Shown one piece after another: positions 10,242 through 18,774 of a stretch of DNA of 64,000 nt. A model generated the notes under the pieces. The model was not told where the DNA came from, made no database searches, and worked only from the letters and a program-made list of their open reading frames with translations. Every line of letters starts with the position of its first letter. Position 1 is the first letter of the stretch. Source of the DNA: Bacteroidota bacterium (lineage in GTDB: Bacteria > Bacteroidota > Bacteroidia > Bacteroidales > UBA12481). The stretch lies in assembly GCA_043797975.1 (NCBI GenBank), contig JAZDPC010000055.1:11518-75517 (forward strand), written 5' to 3'. Made by a program: the position numbers and the translations under genes.

Positions 10242-10328
10242 GGCCAAATTTACTATTTTAAACTCTGATGGCAGAAATGGAAAAGGATATAACTTTAACC
10301 AACCGGCGATAGTTAAAGGATTGTTGCT

Positions 10329-11078
10329 ATGAGTTGCGCCTGGTTTCGTTTTTACGAAGAGTTGAATGATTACTTGCCCGAAGGAAAGGGCAAGGTTTGG
10401 CTTGAATATGTTTTTTCAGGTGCAATTTCCATCCGGGAGGTATTCCGATCAATGAAAATTCCTGCTGACGAAATTGATTTAATAATGGTGAATCAGCAAT
10501 CTAAAGGGCTTGATTATATGCTGCACGACGGTGACCGGATATCGGTATATCCGGTGTTTGAATTACTCGATCTATCAGACGTCAGCCAGGTAAGGGTTAA
10601 TCCACTGCGAAATCCCAGATTTATATGCGATGTCCATTTAGGGCGATTCTGCAAATACTTGCGAATGCTTGGATTTGATACGCTGTATTCGAACCGGTAT
10701 ACCTCCGATGAAATGATTACCATTTCACGTCAGGAACAACGAATTATCTTGTCACGAAACTATCTTTTGACCAGGCACAAGGAAGTAACACGTGCGTATT
10801 GGATAGGGTCACCAGATCCTTTGGAACAAATTAAAGACCTGATCAAAAAACTGGATTTATCAAAATTGGCTGATCCTTTGACCCGGTGCCTTAATTGCAA
10901 TGACAGGATCGTGCCCATTGAGAAACAAGAGATAATTCACCGGCTGCAAGCCGGAACAGCTAAGTATTTCAAGGAATTTTTCATTTGCCCGGCATGTGAT
11001 CAAATCTACTGGAAAGGTTCACACTTTGACAACATGTCTGATTTTATTCGTAATTCAATTCTGAATAATCGACTATAA
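10329..11078 (+). CDS. Mut7-C RNase (PIN) with N-terminal ubiquitin-like domain
   Basis: FRFYEELNDYLP, RFICDVHLGRFCKYLRMLGFD, and a CxxC...CxxC zinc ribbon followed by YWKGSH. Confidence 0.88.
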   Translation: MSCAWFRFYEELNDYLPEGKGKVWLEYVFSGAISIREVFRSMKIPADEIDLIMVNQQSKGLDYMLHDGDRISVYPVFELLDLSDVSQVRVNPLRNPRFICDVHLGRFCKYLRMLGFDTLYSNRYTSDEMITISRQEQRIILSRNYLLTRHKEVTRAYWIGSPDPLEQIKDLIKKLDLSKLADPLTRCLNCNDRIVPIEKQEIIHRLQAGTAKYFKEFFICPACDQIYWKGSHFDNMSDFIRNSILNNRL

Positions 11079-11166
11079 ATCTGATCCTTGTGATATTCGC
11101 TTATTTGTTTTAATGAGGGAGCCAACCGTGCAGACTATTTATCCGGCATTCGTTGCCTGATGCCCA

Positions 11167-13248
11167 TCATTTCCTTTCGTAACGGATCAGCAATGATCCC
11201 GGCTTCTCGCTGCATTCCAGCAGGAGTCCCTGCATCAGCTTTTCTCCGTTTTGGGTTGTAACGACTCCGGAATCCTCGATAGTGACGATGTACTGCTTTT
11301 CGGGCTCCAGTCCGTGCAGCTTAACACTCAGACTGTCGGTTGAGCAGAGCGGCCGGCGGAATGCCATGACAATGCCGTCACCCTGGTCGGGACGATTCAG
11401 TTCGTAAGCCATCCAGATAGAGTCGGAGGTAATGTTGACATTCGGGACCAGGGGATAATAATCGCCGTAATAATACGGCCGCAGCCTCTTAAAGTCGTCG
11501 AACAGCGAATCCATCCGGCTGAGCGGCGCGGTTGCATTGGTTAGGTCCCAGATTATCACCAGCCCCGAACTCATTTCCGACCGCAGGGAATATCGGGTGG
11601 GTTCGGCACAGCCGACCCCATGAAGGGGCAGATACAGGTTCAAACCATAGGTATGGGATTGATGGCCGGAATGTTCGAGCGAGTTATAATCGGTTACCAG
11701 GAGAGGGGTACTGCGCGATACCGTCTCCAGGTCGATCCGTCGGCCCCCGCTGGCACAATTATCGATGATCAGGTTGGGGAAGTTGCCGAGCAATCCGTCC
11801 CAGAAACGATATAATCCTTCGATATGCCGTATTTCGGATATCCCGGTCCTGTCTTTGGGATCGTTGTAGTTCCAGTACGGTGTCGGATCGAAATTGAAAT
11901 CCTGGCGATAATGGTCAATACCGTTCTCGCGTATAAAATTTGAGATATATTCGGTGAGCCACCGGCAGGCTTCGGGATTGCCCAGGTTGAACAGGGCCAT
12001 GTCGCTGTCATAGTTGACAATATCCGGATTCTTAAGGGTGTCGGGTATTCTGATGAGGTAATCGGATGGAAGCTTGTCGAACAGCGTTCCGGCCGCAACC
12101 CGTTCGGGCTCAAACCAGAGAAGGAGCTTGGATCCGGCCTGGTGGATGGCATCCGTTACCGGTTTCAGGCCGTTGGGGAACCGCGTGGAATCGACCGTCC
12201 AGTTGCCTGCATGGGTCCACCATGCACCGCAGCCTGCGTACCAGCCGGCATCGATCCAGAAAACCTCCGGCACCAATCCGAATTGCTGATGACGTTCCAC
12301 CATGGCAACACAGTATTTTTCCGTAATGCAATTGAACAGATCGCATGGGGGAGGTCCGCCATAGCCCAGGGTAAATGAAAGAGGAGGTTCGGCAAAGGTT
12401 CCGTTGATCTGGCGGCTGTGGTGCTTCAGAACAAATTGCCTGAAGAGGTTGTGCCCGGCGAGCCGGTCTTCCCCCTTCCAGAACATCAGGCATATTTCAG
12501 GAGTCCGGATCTCTTCATCCGGGTAAAGGAACAATTTCAGCCGGTCCATCCCGGCCTCAAGCGACCAGCTTTTGTTATCAGCCTGTTTCACATCGGCATA
12601 CCACTTACCTGTCCACCCGATAGCCGTCAGTATACCCTGATTACCCGGCATGCTGACGTTAAAGAAAGGAAAAGCCGTACGATTCGACGACCGGCCGTTC
12701 ATAGGTGCCATCCTGATATTCCTGCCCGCGCCGATCAAATCCGCAGTTTCCTGGAAATCAGACCGTTCAGCGCTGCTGCCTTTTGAGTGATATAATGTGA
12801 CCTTGCCCTCCAGTGCAAAGCTGAATTTCTGATCGATGGCCTTCACACTCTCCAAAACCGGCGAATTTCCACTCGGGCCATTTCGAAACCGGACTGTCCA
12901 TTCAACGGCCGGGAAATCCAGGTAACAGGTCACCAGGCAGGTTGCTATGAACCCCGACTTCCGGTCGCGCCAGGAATATTGTACTTCCTGTATCAGGGGA
13001 GAGCCCTGCGGCAATTTCTCAGCCCTGAATTCCCATCCGGTGATGAATGATCGCGACTCCCTGCCGCCATAAACAAACGAAAACGGGGGTATCCTTCCCG
13101 GAGCGAAATGCTGCTGTGTCCATCGAACTGATTCAGCCACCGTGTTCGCCCGTTTCTCAGGGGATCGGCTTCTTTGCTGGCCAAAAGCGTACAGTACGCA
13201 CGGTATCAGCAGAAAAATCAAATACCCTCTTTTCATTGTATTCAGCAT
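11167..13248 (-). CDS. Exported alpha-galactosidase (GH36)
   Basis: Signal peptide, FWIDAGWY, LLWFEPE, YRQDFN and IDNCASGGRRID. Confidence 0.85.
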   Translation of the reverse strand: MLNTMKRGYLIFLLIPCVLYAFGQQRSRSPEKRANTVAESVRWTQQHFAPGRIPPFSFVYGGRESRSFITGWEFRAEKLPQGSPLIQEVQYSWRDRKSGFIATCLVTCYLDFPAVEWTVRFRNGPSGNSPVLESVKAIDQKFSFALEGKVTLYHSKGSSAERSDFQETADLIGAGRNIRMAPMNGRSSNRTAFPFFNVSMPGNQGILTAIGWTGKWYADVKQADNKSWSLEAGMDRLKLFLYPDEEIRTPEICLMFWKGEDRLAGHNLFRQFVLKHHSRQINGTFAEPPLSFTLGYGGPPPCDLFNCITEKYCVAMVERHQQFGLVPEVFWIDAGWYAGCGAWWTHAGNWTVDSTRFPNGLKPVTDAIHQAGSKLLLWFEPERVAAGTLFDKLPSDYLIRIPDTLKNPDIVNYDSDMALFNLGNPEACRWLTEYISNFIRENGIDHYRQDFNFDPTPYWNYNDPKDRTGISEIRHIEGLYRFWDGLLGNFPNLIIDNCASGGRRIDLETVSRSTPLLVTDYNSLEHSGHQSHTYGLNLYLPLHGVGCAEPTRYSLRSEMSSGLVIIWDLTNATAPLSRMDSLFDDFKRLRPYYYGDYYPLVPNVNITSDSIWMAYELNRPDQGDGIVMAFRRPLCSTDSLSVKLHGLEPEKQYIVTIEDSGVVTTQNGEKLMQGLLLECSEKPGSLLIRYERK

Positions 13249-13326
13249 CTGTTAAAAAGCACTCAATTTAGCGAATTGCCGCGGGATTCGTTAGCTTTGC
13301 CGCTTTTATGATCAATGAATTCTGAT

Positions 13327-14865
13327 ATGATGAAAACCCGGATTTTATTTGTACTGCTGCTAGCAATTCCGTTTATCTCTGGTGCTCAGAATGTAAATAT
13401 ACCTGATACAAATTTTTTAAATGCATTACTATCTGCAGGTGTAGATGCAAATGGAGATGGCATAATAAGTTCCACTGAATGTGAAGCGATAAAGGATTTA
13501 AATGTCATTGGCAAAAACATATCAGATTTAACCGGCATCGAGGCATTTATTAATTTGGAAAATCTGCTTTGCAAGGATAATAATCTGACCTTACTGGATA
13601 TTTCACATAATACTGCTTTACATTATCTGCATTGCAGTAATAACCGCTTAACCAATCTGGATGTTTCGAAAAATACGGAGATCAGTTGGTTACGATGCAG
13701 CGACAACCTGCTCACCAGCCTGAATACTTCCGGCAATGCCGCTTTGGATAATATTGAATGCTATAATAACCTGATAACCAGTCTGGATGTATCCGCAAAT
13801 CCTGCATTAGCTGAACTGTACTGCTATTCAAGCCAGCTTACCAGCCTGAATGTTTCAGGTTGCACGGTTTTAACTAAATTATATTGCGAGAATAACCAAC
13901 TTACCAGTCTGGATGTTTCTGATAAGCCGGCTTTGGAAACGTTGGAATGTCATGATAACCAACTAACCAGCCTGGATGTATCCGGCTGCCCGGTATTAAA
14001 TAAACTAAATTGCGAGCATAACCAATTAGTCAGTTTCAATGTTTCTGACAATACCGGTTTACAATTTTTTGATTGCCATAATAATCAACTAACCAGCTTG
14101 GATGTTTCCGGTTGCACGGTTTTACTGGCATTGCAGTGCATGTATAACCAGTTAACCAGCCTGGACGTTTCTGCCAATATCATTTTAGAAAACCTGCTAT
14201 GTTCAAATAACCGGTTAACCAGTCTGGATATTACCCACAATACCGCTTTAAGGGAAATAAATTGCCGCAATAACCAGTTGACCGGGCTGGATGTCACTTC
14301 AGCGACTGCTCTGCAGTTTTTCTTTTGTGATAACAACCGGTTAACCAGTCTGGACGTTTCAAAGAATACTGGTTTAAACACATTAACCTGTGGCAGTAAC
14401 CTGTTAACCAGTTTAAATTTGTCAAATAATGCAAATTTATTGTCTTCCATTGGTGGAACCATGATTGGATTTTTAAGTTTATCCGATATGCCGACTTTAT
14501 TTGAAGTATGTGTATGGGTAATGCCTTTCCCTCCAGCAGGTACAGCTGCAAGAGTTGATACTACCGGTAGTCCAAATCTGTTTTTTACAACAAATTGTTC
14601 ATCCCATATTCAAGTTGATTATACCGAAACTGGTACAATAAATATTTATCCTAATCCTTCAGATGATATAATAAATATTGATATTGAGAATAATAAGAAT
14701 GCAAGGCTCGAAATATATAATTTAAATGGCACGCTATTATTCAGCAAATCAATAGATTCAGAATCGGAAAAAATCGATGTTTCAGGTTACTCAAAGGGAG
14801 TATACCTGATGAAAGTAAAACAGGATAGATCAGTATTTATTAAGAAGATAATTGTGGGGTATTGA
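13327..14865 (+). CDS. Leucine-rich-repeat protein with T9SS type A C-terminal sorting domain
   Basis: Signal peptide, EF-hand-like DANGDGIISSTE, 14 repeats of 21 aa (LxxLxCxxNQLTSLDVS), and IYPNP...GVYLMKV...KKIIV CTD. Confidence 0.9.
   Translation: MMKTRILFVLLLAIPFISGAQNVNIPDTNFLNALLSAGVDANGDGIISSTECEAIKDLNVIGKNISDLTGIEAFINLENLLCKDNNLTLLDISHNTALHYLHCSNNRLTNLDVSKNTEISWLRCSDNLLTSLNTSGNAALDNIECYNNLITSLDVSANPALAELYCYSSQLTSLNVSGCTVLTKLYCENNQLTSLDVSDKPALETLECHDNQLTSLDVSGCPVLNKLNCEHNQLVSFNVSDNTGLQFFDCHNNQLTSLDVSGCTVLLALQCMYNQLTSLDVSANIILENLLCSNNRLTSLDITHNTALREINCRNNQLTGLDVTSATALQFFFCDNNRLTSLDVSKNTGLNTLTCGSNLLTSLNLSNNANLLSSIGGTMIGFLSLSDMPTLFEVCVWVMPFPPAGTAARVDTTGSPNLFFTTNCSSHIQVDYTETGTINIYPNPSDDIINIDIENNKNARLEIYNLNGTLLFSKSIDSESEKIDVSGYSKGVYLMKVKQDRSVFIKKIIVGY
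13555..14436 (+). repeat. Degenerate 63-bp coding tandem repeat (14 LRR units)
   Basis: Recurring taaccagyctggatgtttc-like core every 63 bp. Confidence 0.85.
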
Positions 14866-14940
14866 GGAAACCCAGACCGAAAAATCAGCCTACGCCTGAC
14901 TGGTTTGGCCACCTTCCGCCAAACGAAGTGGTCAACGGGA

Positions 14941-15672
14941 TCAGGTTGCTCCCGGCTTCAAAGTCTGTATGAAATCCTGTTTTCCAATAGTGATGTAGTT
15001 CGCATAAGAAAATTTATTGCCATGTCCCGGAAAAATCCATTTGAATTCCAGCTTACTCAGCCTTTCCATACTTTGTTTGGCAATGTCCGGCTGATCCATT
15101 ATGGCATTCAGCATGGGCTTTTTAATATTCGTCAGTAGGTCGCCGCAAAACAAATCACCCTGCGACGTCAAAACCCCAATTGAGCCGCTGGAATGTCCCG
15201 GAAGATGGACAATTCCGGCATTTAAACCGAATTCCTCCAAACGGTCATTATCCTTAAATAAAACATCAATGGAAAATTTTTGAATGGTAAAAACGAGTTT
15301 AATTAACATTTTGAGGAACCTGTTTCCCGATTTCCTGTTGATGAACATGTCTCTGCATTCAATCATCTGAGAATCTTCAAAGTGTATCGCAATGGGACAG
15401 CCGAACATCTTTTTCAGAAATGCACCATTGCCGGAGTGATCGAAATCGCCATGTGTCAGGATGATTAATTTAAGATTACCGGGATTACATCCGTTGCCGG
15501 TGATAATTTTTAACAGCCTGTTCCTCTTTGATTTTAATCCGGTATCAATAAGGAAGTAATCTGCATCTTTCCTGATCAAGTAACAATTGCCGCTTAGACG
15601 ACCCAATTTTATAGTAACCACCTCATAATCGCCAGATATTTTCCTTTTTCCCTGATTCCTATTGATCATCAT
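14941..15672 (-). CDS. MBL-fold metallo-hydrolase
   Basis: LIDTG, THGDFDH, PGHS, GD and PGHG motifs. Overlaps the upstream gene by 4 bp. Confidence 0.85.
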   Translation of the reverse strand: MMINRNQGKRKISGDYEVVTIKLGRLSGNCYLIRKDADYFLIDTGLKSKRNRLLKIITGNGCNPGNLKLIILTHGDFDHSGNGAFLKKMFGCPIAIHFEDSQMIECRDMFINRKSGNRFLKMLIKLVFTIQKFSIDVLFKDNDRLEEFGLNAGIVHLPGHSSGSIGVLTSQGDLFCGDLLTNIKKPMLNAIMDQPDIAKQSMERLSKLEFKWIFPGHGNKFSYANYITIGKQDFIQTLKPGAT

Positions 15673-16397
15673 ACAATTGATTTCAGAACGGCGAGAAATG
15701 CGACAAAAGCAAAAATCAATAACAGGCCGATCAGTATTTTAGTGGTATCGTCGTGCTTTCGCTGTTTTTCGATGGATTCGGAAACAAATGACAGGATATT
15801 GTCATTGAGGTCTGACAGACAGGCAGTAATATGCTTCGCGTGAAATTTTATCTGTGCTTTTATTCTCAGGTAGGAAGTGACGGTTCCAATCAGGCATAAA
15901 ACGGAAAACACGATAAAACTTAACGTAGTCATTGGTTTCACCTGCCCATAGGCTATGAAAAAGTAGATTAACAAACCCGGAACGAATATCTGAATTTGGG
16001 TGGAGGCAACGGTCAATGCATACAGATGTGACTTTCTTCTAAGGAAAACCAGAATTCCTGATAAGCTGTCACGGGTTGGCAGGCCGGGATCTGAAACCCT
16101 TTCCAGTTGCCGAAGTATTCTTACCTCGATTGCAGTCATGATTGCTAAAAACAGTATGCCCGAAAGATTGATATAAAAAACAATGGGGGTGTCGTGATAA
16201 ACCAGAAGATTGAGTAAAAAGGCCAATCCGCTGATCACCTTAATTAACAGATCAGTTTGCAGCATTTGCCTGACTTTGTCCTGTATCAGTCGTGACTTGC
16301 TTTTTCTAAAATAATCGGCCTGATTAAAACTGGAATCAGGGAATCCGGTTTCCTCATTGAGTATATGCCAGATAGCTTTCAGCTCATCGTCTTTCAT
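15669..16397 (-). CDS. Multi-pass membrane protein, probable anti-sigma partner
   Basis: MKDDELKAIW start, about five TM helices, and an ATGA overlap with the ECF sigma gene. Confidence 0.6.
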   Translation of the reverse strand: MKDDELKAIWHILNEETGFPDSSFNQADYFRKSKSRLIQDKVRQMLQTDLLIKVISGLAFLLNLLVYHDTPIVFYINLSGILFLAIMTAIEVRILRQLERVSDPGLPTRDSLSGILVFLRRKSHLYALTVASTQIQIFVPGLLIYFFIAYGQVKPMTTLSFIVFSVLCLIGTVTSYLRIKAQIKFHAKHITACLSDLNDNILSFVSESIEKQRKHDDTTKILIGLLLIFAFVAFLAVLKSIV

Positions 16398-16894
16398 ATT
16401 TCCAACCCTTTCATTTTTTCTGATAATCTTTGCCTGATCCTGAACAGCTTAACGCTTACATTTGATGTACTTATTCCCAGGATCCCGGCAATTTCCTCAT
16501 ATTTTTTCTCTTCAAGCCATAGCATGATGATAGCCTTGTCGATCTTGTTAAGCAGTGAAATAGCTTTATATAGCAATTGTATCTGTTCTTCCTTTTCGGA
16601 GTTATCCCTATCATCCTGTTGCTCCTGAAATTCTTCAACCGGAATAACAATGTTTTTTCTTTTCCTGATCTGGCTGACTGCGGTGTTGATGGCAACCCTG
16701 TACATCCAAGTGCTAAGCTGCGCTTCTTCCCTATAACTGCCATATGATCTCCAGAGTTGAAAGCATATGTCCTGAAAAAGATCTTCTTTATCTACCGGAT
16801 TATTGGTGTAAAGCCTTGAGACTTTGTGAATGATCCCGATGTTTTGTTCCAATAGATCCGCAAACTCTTTCTTATCAGACTTTTTATGCTTCAT
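16394..16894 (-). CDS. ECF RNA polymerase sigma factor
   Basis: EDLFQDICFQLW, STWMYRVAINTA and YEEIAGILGISTSNVSVKLFR. Confidence 0.92.
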   Translation of the reverse strand: MKHKKSDKKEFADLLEQNIGIIHKVSRLYTNNPVDKEDLFQDICFQLWRSYGSYREEAQLSTWMYRVAINTAVSQIRKRKNIVIPVEEFQEQQDDRDNSEKEEQIQLLYKAISLLNKIDKAIIMLWLEEKKYEEIAGILGISTSNVSVKLFRIRQRLSEKMKGLEI

Positions 16895-17162
16895 GTTATC
16901 CAATTTGTCGCAGAAGGTTCTGAAAAACTACAAGATGCAACAATTTTCAACAGTTTGATATTCCGCCAAAGTGAATTGTCGATTTTAAAATTACTTCCCA
17001 ACACCTGGCTTCAAGGTTTTGTAAAATTCTCTTTTCCAATGGTGTTTAAGTTCATGATTTTCTTAATTCCAATTGTGTTCTTGAAATTTTATTTCCATTT
17101 TCCAATAGTGATTGTGGTTCAGAATGGAAAAACAGTATACCTTTGGTGGAAAGTTTGGTGAT

Positions 17163-18527
17163 ATGAAAAGAAACCTGGAAAACTATCTCGTAGCCTGGAA
17201 GGATAGCCCCAAGCGAAAACCCCTGATAATAAGAGGTGCCAGACAAGTTGGTAAAACATTTATTATCAATGCATTTGGGAAAGCTCATTTTGAGCACTAT
17301 TTGTCTGTCAACCTGGAACAGGATCGCAAGTTGCAGACGGTTTTTGCAAGTAACAATCCTGAAATCATCATCAATGAACTGACCAGCCTGTATAACGTTC
17401 CGGTGATAGCTGGAAAAACATTACTGTTCGTTGATGAAATACAGGCTTCACCGGAGGCAATAGCATCATTGCGATACTTTTACGAACAAGCTTCGGATTT
17501 GCACATTATTGCCGCCGGGTCACTGCTTGATCACACGCTTAATGAGGTCAAGTATTCCATGCCGATCGGACGAGTGGAATATGCCTATTTGTATCCGCTC
17601 AATTTCATAGAGTTTTGCACCGCGCTTGGTGAAACCGGGCTATGCGATTATATAAGAAACTTCTCACCCGATAAAAATTTTAACGTGGCCATTCATTCCA
17701 GAATTGCTGATTTCCTGCGATTGTACTTTTTTATCGGTGGTATGCCGGAAGCCATACAAACCTATATAGATACCGGCAATTTAGTTGAAGTTGAAAAGGT
17801 CCATTCCAACATAGTAACCTCTCTGCAATACGATTTCGCAAAATATGGAACGCGGAAAGAACAGGATTTCCTGAAATTAGCGCTGCATTATGTTGCCAAC
17901 AATATCGGTCGGAAAGTAAAATATGTAAATATCGATCGAAATGCCCACTCTTCGCAGCTAAAAGAAGCGTTACTTAAGCTCGAGATGAGCAGGGTAATAC
18001 ATTTAGTGCGAAAAACCAAATCTGTTAATCCTCCTATTACACAGTATGTTGACAATGATACATTTAAGCCGGTTTTTATTGATATCGGACTTGCCAATCA
18101 CCTGGCGCAAATACGATTAGCCGATATCAAAAACTTATGCACCGATTTCGAAGGTGCCTTGGCAGAGCAGTTTGTCGGACAAGAGTTCATAGCTTCATCG
18201 TCTTTCTTCAAGGAAACAAAGCTGTATTATTGGATGCGCGAAGCAAAAAATTCCAATGCCGAGATCGATTATTTATTACAAATAGAAAACGAAATCTATC
18301 CTGTGGAAGTAAAAGCCGGTAAAACAGGAACACTAAAATCCCTGCAGGTTTTTTTGGGAACAGCTGACAAACAAACAGGCATTCGTTTTAACCTCGACCT
18401 GCCGAATTATGGCAACAGCTTACAGGCTGTCATCCGGGTAAATAGCCAAAACAGGTCCATTTATTATTCTCTTATTTCTTTACCGCTGTATTTTGCCGGT
18501 TTGATCGGCGGTATGAAATTAATGTGA
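17163..18527 (+). CDS. AAA+ ATPase (AAA_14) with DUF4143 / PD-(D/E)xK-like C-terminus
   Basis: GARQVGKT Walker A, LFVDEIQ Walker B, GGMPE and EIDY...PVEVKAG. Promoter TACCTTTG at 17138-17145. Confidence 0.88.
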   Translation: MKRNLENYLVAWKDSPKRKPLIIRGARQVGKTFIINAFGKAHFEHYLSVNLEQDRKLQTVFASNNPEIIINELTSLYNVPVIAGKTLLFVDEIQASPEAIASLRYFYEQASDLHIIAAGSLLDHTLNEVKYSMPIGRVEYAYLYPLNFIEFCTALGETGLCDYIRNFSPDKNFNVAIHSRIADFLRLYFFIGGMPEAIQTYIDTGNLVEVEKVHSNIVTSLQYDFAKYGTRKEQDFLKLALHYVANNIGRKVKYVNIDRNAHSSQLKEALLKLEMSRVIHLVRKTKSVNPPITQYVDNDTFKPVFIDIGLANHLAQIRLADIKNLCTDFEGALAEQFVGQEFIASSSFFKETKLYYWMREAKNSNAEIDYLLQIENEIYPVEVKAGKTGTLKSLQVFLGTADKQTGIRFNLDLPNYGNSLQAVIRVNSQNRSIYYSLISLPLYFAGLIGGMKLM

Positions 18528-18625
18528 GGTGTAATGGACACTTGCCCATCAGGATTTACGCTTCTCGCAAAATCAGGAAAAGTTTCGATGTGATCGAACA
18601 GATTCAGTCGGTTTTCAGAATTTCG

Positions 18626-18690
18626 TACCGACTGCGTGCCTGAACCTCCAAAACACAAAACCGATCTACTTGATTGACTGACAGGTCTCT
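18626..18690. mobile_element. att-like site A (degenerate)
   Basis: taccgactgcg-tgcctga, then caaaacacaaaaccgatctacttgatt...acaggt, homologous to sites at 21.8, 30.8 and 32.5 kb. Confidence 0.6.
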
Positions 18691-18757
18691 TATCCTTGTA
18701 GACGATTTGGCGGTCTCTAATAATTCTCGTTACCTTTAAGGATTGAATAGGTTTACC
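18691..18757 (+). promoter_or_regulatory. Shared promoter/operator motif, copy 1 (5'-truncated)
   Basis: atcc..gtagacgatttgg-N-tcgttaccttta...tgaataggttta. Confidence 0.6.
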
Positions 18758-18774
18758 ACTCTAAAACATAACCT

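Noticed and set aside
13555..14436. Regular repeat-spacer look suggesting a CRISPR array
   Set aside because: The repeats are degenerate, in frame, 63-bp LRR codons, and no cas genes are present.
18530..18643. Short frame GHLPIRIYA... next to att-like site A, reminiscent of a tyrosine-integrase C-terminal GH...IY motif
   Set aside because: The spacing is wrong and the match is too short to separate from chance without a profile search.
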